Below, piece by piece: positions 1 to 11,204 of a DNA stretch of 64,000 bases. The stretch lies in NCBI GenBank assembly GCA_050273025.1, contig CP158635.1, positions 7,812,001-7,876,000 on the forward strand, given 5' to 3'. Source of the stretch: Cenococcum geophilum. Taxonomy: Eukaryota. Both the position numbers and the translations under genes were made by a program. The notes below the pieces were generated by a model. That model was not told where the DNA came from and ran no database searches. It saw nothing but the letters and a program-made list of their open reading frames with translations. Within the stretch, counting starts at the first letter, position 1; every line of letters starts with the position of its first letter.

Positions 1-64
1 AGTGACTTCTTGAATATGGTAGTAGATTGATTGGTTAGTAGGTAGTGCGATCCGGGCTTATAAC

Positions 65-309
65 TGTAAGCTTTACAGTGCGAAGAATTGAATGAACGAC
101 TTGATTGTGAATGTAGCTCTAAAGCCTCTATATATACACGAAGAAGGTGGAGGTAATAAGACATGATGGGGTAATAGGTAACTGAAATGGAAACAGTGAT
201 CTGCAAGCAATATTGATCTGCAATCAATATATAGGGTGGCGTTGATGCTGTCCTGGAGCCTTCCAAGCGGCGATCTTGTGTCTCGGTACAGTGTCGGTAG
301 TCGGTTACA
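65..309 (-). mobile_element. 5' LTR (245 bp) of a minus-strand Copia element that continues left of the window
   Basis: Reverse complement of LTR 3185-3429 with TG..CA ends. The adjacent 45-64 is the reverse complement of the PBS GTTATAAGCCCGGATCGCAC. Confidence 0.92.
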
Positions 310-785
310 TTTTGTGTTGTAGAAAGTACAGTAGTCTATCTTCAGCTCGAAAAGGCTGAGAATGCGGGTGCGGCTGATGCCTGGCCTGCTTCACCTGCCA
401 AATAAGAGTGGTCTTCCTCTTCGCCGCCCAGGCTGCGGGGTGAACTAGTACAATATGGGTTTAGGTGGGGCATCCCAAGGGATATTTCTTCCTTGGGATG
501 GCCCTAAATCAACTATGGTGAAGACTCTTGCGGAGATCTCTAGTAATTACTATAACTTAGCTAAGAGTTGTATTATAATTAAAGTAAGAACTGGCCACTC
601 TCGGGAAGATCTTCAAGGTCATCAGAGCTGCCGTTACTTTTTAATGGTATAATATTTCGATTATGCTCATCAATCCATCCATGGCGGAGGTTGTCATTCA
701 AAACGACCGTAACGGCCTGTATCCCTTGCACCGATGACAGCCTAGCCTGGAGATGCGTTGACAAAGGTCAAGACGCATTAAGTCA

Positions 786-2276
786 TCAATCACTCGTCAA
801 TGAAACCTTTTCGAGCTGATGTAGCTCTGCCGGCAGATCCTTCAGAACCCCCATCTTTGCAATCCTGAAAGCAAGGCCACAAATCGACCTCTTCTCCTGT
901 TTTCCCGCATCGTTCTCGAACCAGGCCCAGGCACTATCAAGCTGGTCTAGGATGCCGTCCTTTTCAATAATCTCCCGATCGTTGGCATCACCACCCGCCA
1001 GGATCTTCGGCATCAACCATCCTGTCAGCACATATTGGAGCCCTAGTCGCTCTTCGGATGTAATTTCGCATCGATGAAATGCGTCTTCGACTTCCGTGCG
1101 ATCCCGAGAGAACTTCTGTAGCCACATGACGGCGCTGACCATGATCTTGCACCTGTACATGACCTCTGGTTCCTTGGCCAGAGATTTCTTCTCGTGTGCT
1201 TTTCCAGCTGCGATCTCGTCTGCATCGGACTCTGAGAGGATGTGATCAATCAGACATATCATGGTGTCCATGCTGGGGTTCGGTGTGAAGGGCGCATACT
1301 TCTTCATTATCTTCTTCAGCTCTAGATCTTGGTCCTTAGGAAATTTAAGACCCTTGAAAGCATTGCGCACAGCAAGCGGGTAGTCCTTTTTCTGGACTTC
1401 TAGGAACTTTTGAAATATGTCCAAGTCTTCCTTAAATTCTTTCGCCCGATTCGACTCTTTAAGTTCCTGCAATTCGTCAAGGTACGCGCCCAGTCTATGT
1501 TTATTGCCAAATCGGCTACGTGTTCGAGCCATGACGAGATGGTGCAGCTGCTCAAGGAGCAAATCTCCAGACTGGACGAGACCGTTCAAAGCGTCGAGAA
1601 TCCTTTCTTCCTCTACGGACGCCACTCCTTCCATGCTCTTGTACAGGATATCATGGCCTGCTTCTGCCCAGGCGTGTGTCATTGCCGACACGACCTGGAT
1701 CTCGACCATATCGGTCGCTTTCCAGTCGTACTTTTCAGTACCATGATCTGGCTTCATGCGTACTCGGTAATGTTCCGCAGTATAGCCCAAGTTTCGTGGC
1801 CGGTAACCACTCTTTCTCGGTTCTGGAAGTTCCTTCGGATCATGAGGCCTCTCAACGAAGTCAGGCGGTTTGTCTCCGAAGATGGATTTGATAATGGTCT
1901 TGACGGTGTCGCGTTGGATCTGGCTCGGCATATAGAGGATGATACGCACGCCCGCAAGGTCAACGATGTCCTCCATGATTTCCTTTGGATCGGCATAGTG
2001 CACCTTCTCATCTCGTGTTTTCAACTTTTGCAGTAGTCTCTTCCTGTCTTTTGGGCGGAACGAGAAACGTGCCTGCACGCTTTCGCCTTTGAGCTTTTCT
2101 TCACACAACTCTTTCGCTTTTTGGGCACATTTTCTGTAGTGTTCCGGAGAGTATTCGTCCTGGACAAATCTCCAGACAAGGTTAGAGATGGTCGGTTCTT
2201 TGTTAAGAACGGTTTGTGCGCGCGTCAGGGCTCCTCGGTCTGGCGTATCAGTCGATCCCGTAGGGTCTCTAGCCAT
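786..2276 (-). CDS. RelA/SpoT-family (small alarmone synthetase-like) nucleotidyl/pyrophospho-transferase with an uncharacterised C-terminal helical region, about 496 aa
   Basis: Intact intronless ORF. The first ATG is at 2276 (the track starts at a TTG at 2306). Synthetase motifs occur in order: RPKDRKRLLQKL, DIVDLAGVRIILY, GYTAEHYRV, VEIQVVSAMTHAWAEAGHDILYK. No HD hydrolase domain is recognisable. Not RIP-mutated. Confidence 0.9.
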   Translation of the reverse strand: MARDPTGSTDTPDRGALTRAQTVLNKEPTISNLVWRFVQDEYSPEHYRKCAQKAKELCEEKLKGESVQARFSFRPKDRKRLLQKLKTRDEKVHYADPKEIMEDIVDLAGVRIILYMPSQIQRDTVKTIIKSIFGDKPPDFVERPHDPKELPEPRKSGYRPRNLGYTAEHYRVRMKPDHGTEKYDWKATDMVEIQVVSAMTHAWAEAGHDILYKSMEGVASVEEERILDALNGLVQSGDLLLEQLHHLVMARTRSRFGNKHRLGAYLDELQELKESNRAKEFKEDLDIFQKFLEVQKKDYPLAVRNAFKGLKFPKDQDLELKKIMKKYAPFTPNPSMDTMICLIDHILSESDADEIAAGKAHEKKSLAKEPEVMYRCKIMVSAVMWLQKFSRDRTEVEDAFHRCEITSEERLGLQYVLTGWLMPKILAGGDANDREIIEKDGILDQLDSAWAWFENDAGKQEKRSICGLAFRIAKMGVLKDLPAELHQLEKVSLTSD

Positions 2277-4912
2277 TTTGTGCCTCTCGCTGCTACCGGG
2301 TTTCAAGATCTGAGGGAGGTATCAATTCCAAGAGTTGTCGAGTGTGGCCAGAGAAGAGAGTTGATAGAAGGTTGTAGAATCTGGAGGTGTGCCCTCATAG
2401 CCTTGTGAGCCATCGGAATCGTCGCGCGTTTGACGTGGCTTGGCCAACCTAGGCCTTGACAGCAACACACCATCGTTAGAAACTACAGCCACTCTGAATG
2501 CTCATATCTCATATTTCAAAATGTAAAAGCGCGCTCACCTAGCGAGCTGCGATAGAGACAAGAGACCATACCCAGTTATGAAACCCAAGTCATATCGAGC
2601 GCACGTTGAGGCTCTGACCTCACGGACTCCGTGCCTGCTCAACCTTCGCAATGTCTGCTGAGCTGCTTCACTGGATTTCTTCGTGGATTCCAATCATCCA
2701 ATTTCAAGACCAGTGAATCCAGATAGCCTCTGGTCCGAACTTCAGGACACAAGCCTAATCGATGCCCATCGCGAGGACGGCAACGAAGAAGACGAGCCAG
2801 TCAAAGGTCGCTCTCTGCAAGGGCGGATTCTAATTATCGAGGATTTGACTAAGGACCTCGTCGAGCTACTAAGTTCCGCGTTGGACATAGATCCGTTGTT
2901 CTTTGCCTTGCATTTGCATTCACCTCAGAAGAAACGTTCGAACCGCCAAAGTCCGGACCTTGCAACGCTGCCATCAAGGCTACGAAAGCAGGATTATACG
3001 AATTTCCTCCATCACCGGACTATCACGTTCGACTCGGTACCCCCGCCAACTGGGAGGTTATTAGAGGATTCCAACGTTGATCGGAAGTTCATCATACTAC
3101 CTTCGACAAACATTGGATTGGCACAACATTGCACTTTCGTAATCAAAATCCCACGGAAGAATAGCTTTTGGATAGGTAAGCAACTGTAACCGACTACCGA
3201 CACTATGCTGAGACACAAGATCACCGCTTGGAAGGCTCCAAGACAGCGTCAACGCCACCCTATATATTGATTGCAGATCAATATTGCTTGCAGATCACTG
3301 TTCCCATTTCAGTTACCTATTACCCCATTATGTCTTATTACCTCTACCTTCTTCGTGTATATATAGAGACTTTAGAGCTACATTCACAATTAAGCCGTTC
3401 ATTCAATTCTTCGCACTGTAAAGCTTACAGTTATAAGCCCGGATCGCACCACCTGCTGACTAATTAATCTACTACCTTATTTAAGAAGTCACTACTTTTA
3501 CTACCTTTGCAGTGTCTTGAGCTTCTTTACCTATTAAACGAATGGACGATTAACCCCAGTCGACGACCGTACGTACCTGACCAACGAACGAACTGACGAA
3601 TTAAATCAAAAGTTCGAAACGTTAAAATAAGGTTTTCGCCAAGACGCCAATTGGACCCTGCCTGACCTGTTAAAATCCTAAAATGACGATTATAAGCGAA
3701 TTAAAAGTCAACCTTATCCTTAACTAGCTATCTAATTGGATATAGTAGTTCTTTATTATCTAAGACACAGCCAAAACTAACAAGGTACGGTAGTATATTA
3801 ACCCGTCTAAGAAGAAAGATAAGCTTCTAACGCTAGAACTACTGAAACGGCCTATACCAGCGGATGTACGACCTATGGTTACATTAATAACCCAGCTAGA
3901 ATAAGACTAATTCGCTATCTATAACTAGCTCTACGCTAAGTATAAAGACGATCTTTGAATACACTAGAAGTAAGAGCAGGCTATTAATGACATTAGCAAC
4001 TATATTGTGCGAACGACGTTGGTAGCCTACCTTCCCCTTATTAACGGCCTAGACTTGGTCTACGAACGGCTTAAAACACTTAAGAAAGCGCTTGCCCCTA
4101 CTACCTTAGGTTAAAAGTATAACTTCCTAATACAATACACGGCTCTAAAAGCCTATGACAAAAAATAGAGCATTGAGAAATGGTTAAATAACTAGCGGAA
4201 CGTCTATAAGCTTGCTGAGCAATTAGACTTACTAGATATGCAAGGCTTTAGGCCACACTACGACTTCGTTTAAGCAATTCAGCCTATCTCTTCTAGCTTT
4301 ATAGGAGCTCTAGAAGTAGACCTTATTTATAAGGAATGTAAGAATAAAGAAGCCCTATCTATTATTGACCTAATTAAGGAATTTAAGGAGCACTACCGCA
4401 TGTAGTAAGTAGTATCCTTTACTACTACTGCTAATAGCTCTGCCTTTACAACCCTATAAGGCAACTTAAATACTAGTTTAGACGCGAATTCTAACGGTAA
4501 TTTTAATTCCAATTTTAAATGGAATAAGATATGCGTATATAGCCTTAAGTATTAATTCGGCGACTGCTTCTATATTATTAAGCGGAAGCGCCCTTAAGGA
4601 TAGAAGCTAAACCTAGACGTCTAAAAGGAAGTAGAAGAAAAGATCTTATTTATACCTTAGATTAAACGTATCGTTAACCTTATCTTAAAAAGAGAATAGG
4701 AAGTAAAGAAGAGTATAGAATTTATAATTGATTTTAATTATAAAGCCCTACCTTCTAAGACACCTACTAGCTATGCTGCCGCGTTTAGTACTAGTTAATT
4801 TCTATTTAAGCTCCAGAATACCTAAATACTTAACCCTAGTGCAGATACCTACGTCTATAACAACTAAGAAGACTTTACCTTCTCTTACCTAGCTGCAGAA
4901 GACGACTACCTA

Positions 4913-5680
4913 CAGTGGGTCGTCAAAAGTGTCCGTGTTGAGGCCACCCCAAAAATGGCACTCCCTACTAAATTACAATGCGATAACCACGCAATCAATT
5001 CTAAAGCTTTGAAAAATATCTAAAGCTCTTTACAGATATATATTTGAGCAATTGCGACTTTTTTTTAGAGTTTAGCATTTATAATTCTTTGTTAAAAGCC
5101 TTTATGTTATGCCAATGTCTTACCAAAACTCACTATATTTAGTATATATTTTCTATTACCAGATATTAAAAATATTTCTTAAAAATTTAATATCTTGTAT
5201 GGATTTGCTTTTAGTAAAAATCTTTTTATTTAAATTTTTATTTAAAAAATATATAAATTTATTATAAGGTTATAAAGTTAAAAAAGTAGAAAAAAGTACA
5301 ATTTCCCATATAAATTTCAAAATTTAAACTTTATAACCTTATAATAAACTTTCACGCTTTTAAAATTAAAATTAAAATTAAAAGAATTATAATAAATATA
5401 AATCTTTATAAGATATTAATTTTTTTTAAAAATAAATTAATATATAGTAGTGGAAAATATATATTAAGTATTATAGGTTCAGTAAAGAATTAATAGGCTT
5501 TTTAAAAGAATTATAGGTTTTAAATTTTAAAAAAAGTTATAATAGCTAAAGCCTATATATAATATGAATTTTAGATATTTTTTCAAGCTTTAAAATTAAT
5601 TATGTAGTTGTTATATAATAATTTGATAGGGTTGTCATTTTGAAAATGCGCTCGACTCGGACACTTTTGACGACCCACTG
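4913..5680. mobile_element. Tc1/mariner-type MITE (768 bp) inside Copia
   Basis: TIR CAGTGGGTCGTCAAAAGTGTCCG at both ends, TA TSD and an AT-rich interior. The empty site is seen in the second Copia copy at ~36955-36970. Confidence 0.93.
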
Positions 5681-8600
5681 TAATTGCTGGCGGAAATTTT
5701 GAAAAGATTTAAGCCTATAGAATAGTAACTATTATTGTTAATATACCTACTGGGAGCTTAAAAATGAAGCTATCCTATATAGTATTAGTACCTACTATAT
5801 TTACAAATATTGTAGCACTATTAAGGGCTATAGATAATGATATCCATTTTAACTTAGAACGAAACTTGCTATACTGTCTAGCAACTGGCGAAATAGTATG
5901 CTATGCAAAACGACTAGGGGGCTACTGGGCACTAATGTATAGAAAGCCTACCCTAGATTTAATAACTTAATTAACCTTCTTAATAAGAAGATATTAACTA
6001 AGTAGAATGGCCCGTAAACTAGTCGGAGCTATAGCTATAAAATAGTATAAAATACTTGGCTATGTAGGACCTGATGCTATTAAGCAGCTTCCTAAGTACG
6101 TTAATGGCGTAGAGCTTAAAGAGCTAATTAATGAATAAGCACCGCTTAAAATTGAATGTAAAGTCTGCTTATTAGCAAAGCATACGCAGCAGATCTCTTA
6201 AAGACGAGAGTATAAATATCTAGCTACTCGACCATTCGAGCGGCTAGTTTTTGATATTATTACCCTAGGAGAACTAGGGTATAACGGTAATAAATACGTA
6301 ATATACTTCTATTGCATGTATTCTAAATTTAATTTTGTATACACTGCTAAGAATAAAGACAAAGCTACTGTCCTACCTACTATTTATAAGACTTACCAGC
6401 TGATTAAAATACGATTTTACTAAGACGTCATCTTCTTCTGGAGCGATAATAAACGAGCTTTTAGATAGATAGGAGACACCTTATAGATATGGTGCGCAGA
6501 CGAAGGTATTACCTTCAAGTGTCGAGCCCCGTATACTGAAGAATAAAATGGTGGAGTAGAATGATCTAGACGAACCCTTATAGAATGATTAAGGGCTATG
6601 CAGCTAGAAGCTTTATTACCCCCGTCTTTAGGACCAGAAGCTTTTTTTGCTACTAGATATGCACTTAATCGAACCCTAAATAAGCAACTAGGGTGGAGAA
6701 CTCCCTATGAGGTTGCCTACGGTAAGCTGCTATTTCTTACCTATATGCATATATATGGCTGTAAGACCTATATACTGGACAAAAGGGTTAAAAGGGGAGA
6801 TAAACTAGCTCTTTATGCATTAATTAGACACCTAGTCGGCTACAATTTAACTAATATCTATTGAATTTGGATTCCGAGTCTCCGCAAGGTTATTTAAATT
6901 AGAGACGTTATATTTAACGAACCCTCATTTTATAACCCTAAGGGTTAAGATATTAACTACCTGCTAAGGGAAGCATTAGAAGACATCCTTTAGATAATTA
7001 GTCTACCAGAACCTCTCCTTAAGGATAAATTTAAGGATAAATCTATCTTATATAGACCTACCTCAAATGTAGATTAAATAACTACACCTAAATTAAATGA
7101 TGTAGTAGAGCCTTATATAAAGGATACTAAGCAGTTACTAACTCCTAGTAGAACGGTATCTTTAAATCTATTAGAAACAAACACCTTACTAGGAGGACTT
7201 TAAGACGATATCTTAGAGGTAATTAAAATAGGTCCTACCTAATTAAACAGTTTATTAGAACCGTTAAATATAGCTCTATAAGCTAACGAAGTCTTAGCTA
7301 AACCTTCTGCCGACCTTATCTTACTAAAAGGATTAAAACGAATTCAACGTTAAGCGTATATAGCAGTACTAGCCAATCTATCTACCCTATTTAATTACTA
7401 TGCTGGATTTGCTATAGGACTAGTAAAGGATATTGACTAAACTAGATCCTTATCTCTATATCGGGACAACCTTCCTCCTAAACTAAAGAATCTTAAAGAT
7501 CTAAGAAAGCACCCTTTAACTACTAGCTTTTAAAAGGCTATGGAAAAAGAATACAATGACCTAAAACGCTAAGGGATATTCAAGACTATACTAAAAGTAG
7601 AAGCAGGTAACGAGCAGATCTTTTTATTAAAATGGGTCTTTAAATATAAGCTTAATAGCGACGGTTACCTTTAAAAGCTTAAAGCTAGACTATACGTCTG
7701 CGGAGACCTATAGATTATAAAGGAAGAGACCTATGCAGCAACCCTAGCTACTTAAATATTCCGTGCTCTTATGGCTATAGCAGCCGCATTTAACCTGGAA
7801 ATTTAATAGTATAACGCGGTAAACGCATTTATAAACGCTAAGCTTAGTAAACTAATCTACTGCTATTACCTAGAAGGATTTAATTAAAACGGACATGTCC
7901 TAAAGCTACTTATAGCGCTATATGGATTAAAAATCTTACCACTACTTTGGTATAAAGAGCTTACTAATATACTAGCTAAATTCGGATTAGAACTAGTATT
8001 AGGCATTAACTACCTATTTACTAATAGACGACTTATTGTCTTTTTCTATATAGATGATATTGCCGTCCTATTTGCCAAGAAGGACCTTTTAAGACTTGAA
8101 GAATTTGAAGCAAAATTGCTGCACTGATACAAGATCTATGTATTAGGAGACCTATAGTGGTTTCTAGAAATTTAAATTAAACGAGATCGACTAAGTCGAA
8201 AGCTCTGGCTCTGCTAAGATTCCTACATTAAAAGGATAGCTAATCGATTTAATATTTAACTAGGAAGATTTCCTAAATCTTTACTACCTACTGAACTGAT
8301 TCCGTCTAACCAGTAGACGAACCCTTAAAGAATACTAGCCTATTAGTAACGGGTTGGTTCTCTTATATACCTAGCCGTATTTAGAAGACCTGATATTACT
8401 AAGACGCATTCTAAGCTAGCCGAATTCCTTACTAATCTAAATTAAGAACACCTTAATATAGCAAACTAATTACCTCAGAAGCTTAGACCAAGAAATCGAT
8501 TGCGGATATAGGAATATCCGCACCGTCCGCTAAGCTAATTTAGGACGGTAATCGTTTTCTTGGTCTAAGAGACTTTGGCGAGATTTATAGGAAAACCTAA

Positions 8601-8929
8601 ATACCGTTTATATAAGAAGACCTTATAAACTTTAACGAAATTAATCTACCCTCCCATAATACCTGTCGACATAAAAATTATACCAAATTATAGAGAAAAG
8701 CCTCCTCTATAAGTTATGAGATCTTCAGCTTCTTATACACGCGCGATGTTAAGAGGAATTCGTTGCCGTAGAGGCCCCAATTCTACCTCCGCATCGCCGA
8801 GCCGCTTAGTAAACACCAACGCTGAACGCTTACGCCCACGCCCACGCCCACGCCCACACCGCCAGCCCTCTGCGTAGAGCTGTGGAGCTTTGCGAGAGCT
8901 CTGTGAAACAAAGCTCAGGGGGAAACCTG

Positions 8930-9575
8930 CACGGAGCTCTGCACGGAGCTCTACCAAAGCTCTGCAAAAGCTCTGCACGAAGCTCCGCACGAAGCTCCGC
9001 TCGAAGCTCTGCTCGAAGTTCCGCTCGAAGCTCTGCTCGAAGCTCTGCTCGAAACTTTGCTCGAAGCTCTACTCGAGGCTCTACTCGAAACTCTGCTCGA
9101 AACTCTGCTCGAAGCTCTGCTCGAAGCTCTACTCGAAGCCCTGTCGATTCCCATTACCAAATACTGACTGAGTGGCGTTGTCGAAAGTGGCAATTACAAA
9201 TCGTAGTCGTCAGCTCTACCGTCAGCATCGTCATTGGCGTTTCGCCACCTACCTCATGTATATATATTATCTTTTCTTCGCCTATATAGAGCTCTAAAGC
9301 TCTAACACGCAGCACTAATATACTAGCAAGGTTCTACAATCGCCCGTACAAACGCCCATACAATCAATCGATCAATTGCCCATACAATCGTCTCTACAAA
9401 CATCTCTGCAATTGATCGCCCTTACGAACGTCTGCACGTCTGCACAGCTACACGTCTGCACGCCTGCACGTGGCTCTGCACGAAGCTCTGCACGAAGCTC
9501 TGCACGAAGCTTTGCACGAAGCTCTACTAAGGCTCTGCACGAAGCTCTACTAAGGCTCTGCACAAGGCTCTGCCC
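8930..9575 (+). repeat. Two 12-bp tandem arrays (GAAGCTCTGCTC / GAAGCTCTGCAC) at ~8930-9140 and ~9470-9575
   Basis: Direct inspection. They explain the SSAR/KLCS low-complexity ORFs. Confidence 0.9.
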
Positions 9576-10004
9576 AAAACTTACCCTTAAGTAGTAGCAG
9601 AGGCCTCCGGGCCACGGGAGGATATTTTTAAGGAAGGACCCAACTATAGCACCTTCTAGGTGTTGCAATGGCTTTAAGTAGTAGATATCTACACATCTGT
9701 ATAATTTTAGCTATATTAGTAGGCTATTTAATAAGATATAATATATGCTTACGCTTTTAACAACGCGTTTTTTAACTTTAATAAAATTAATATTAGGACT
9801 AAGCAATAGCCGTATTATAAAATTTATACTATTTAGAAGCCCTAAGTCTTAAAAATAATATATAAATATTTGGTAATAATAACGCGTTATGTGAATAAAT
9901 GAATTAGATATCTGTAATATCCGTTTAGCGGATTTTTGCTTACGCTTTTAACAAAACTTGCTAAAGCCTCTCAGACGTGATTTTGCAATTCGGAAGACGG
10001 CATA

Positions 10005-11204
10005 GAAGGCCCCACCACCTCGTGCACGGTACCACCTCGTGCACGGTTTTCCCCCACCAAAATACACCAAAATACACCTTGTTTAAAATTTTATAACTTA
10101 ATAATTATAAAATTTATTACTATGAAATTTGAAATATGGTTTATTAAATAGTAAATTTATCATTTTATAAAATAAAAACTATGAAATTATAATATATATA
10201 TTTTATAAATTAAGTTTAAAAAAGATCATTTTAATATTATATATAACTTTTAATAATAATTATATGCTATCTATTATTAAGTTAAATTATTTTATTTTAT
10301 ATATACGTTATATAAATAAAGGGTTTTATAATACTTTAGGCTTTATAATTATATAATTATATTATTTAAATTTACATTTAATAAAATATATATTTGTTTA
10401 CATTTAAATTATAAATAATACATTTATATTATAAATTATATTTTTAATATAATATAATATAATATAATGTAATAATAAAGTATAATTTAATTTACTTTTA
10501 TGTTATGTATAACTCTTTTTATATTTCTTTATATTTTTGTATAAAATTATATAAAATTATATAATTTTATTAGCAGCAGGTGCCCCCTAGTAACTCTACA
10601 GTAGTAGAGTAATAGTTTGTGATACTAGCGCGTCCGTAGGCTTGTTACGGCAGCAGTGGTTCCTAAGGAGGTCAAACAGCAAGGTAGTAGAGCACTATAG
10701 GCGACTTATAGGCGCTAAGCAGGCGAGTCCCAAAAGGCGGGGAGATGGATCACGGGGTTTTCTCATTTTTCTTAAATAGAGTTTTCTCCCCACATGTAAA
10801 TAAGGAGTAGTCCGCGTGGGCCCAATAGGGATCCGAATCGGACGTTAAGCAATGAATTATTATTATTATTATTATTATATAATTTTATTATAAATAATAT
10901 AGATAATAATAATATTTTTTCAAAAATTAACTTAACATAATTTAGTATAATCATTTAAAATTATAAATTAGTCAAAAATTATTCTATTTATTAACTTATC
11001 GACTTATTAATATAAAGTTAAATATTTTAATATTTTAATAAATATTGAGTATTTTTGTAAAATAAAAATTTATAATAAAAATTTACATATTTGGATATGC
11101 TATATTTAAATTTCAAGTTATTTTATTAAAAGGGTGATTTTTAAATATAAAAAGACTGGAAAACGTGCATGAGGTGGTACCGTGCACGAGGTGGTGGGGC
11201 CTTC
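10005..11204. mobile_element. TA-TSD MITE nested in the 9-bp-TSD element
   Basis: ~41-bp TIR GAAGGCCCCACCACCTCGTGCACGGTACCACCTCGTGCACG with an internal direct repeat. TA on both sides and a very AT-rich interior. Confidence 0.9.
10572..10876 (+). mobile_element. Severely 5'-truncated LINE copy (3' UTR plus (ATT)n tail)
   Basis: Near-identical to 32191-32483, the 3' end of the LINE at 28940-32483. Flanked by a ~13-16 bp TSD ending ATATAATTTTATT. Confidence 0.88.

Noticed and set aside
471..500. Hairpin CATCCCAAGG-N10-CCTTGGGATG downstream of the synthetase
   Set aside because: A single 10-bp stem with no supporting element ends. A bacterial-type terminator is not meaningful in a fungus.
1043..2408. 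Several overlapping ORFs, including the 208-aa plus-strand ORF 1410-2036
   Set aside because: Antisense or alternate-frame shadows of the RelA/SpoT gene with no recognisable motifs. An antisense antitoxin cannot be excluded but has no support.
3228..3467. 79-aa ORF and the N-terminal half of the 160-aa ORF at 12076
   Set aside because: They are read through LTR sequence from a TTG start and are not genes.
8733..9668. SSAR/KLCS/RAEL-repeat ORFs (also 22752-23243, 48045-48411 and 49417-49803)
   Set aside because: Translations of 12- or 18-bp tandem repeats that are open in several frames on both strands, so not genes.
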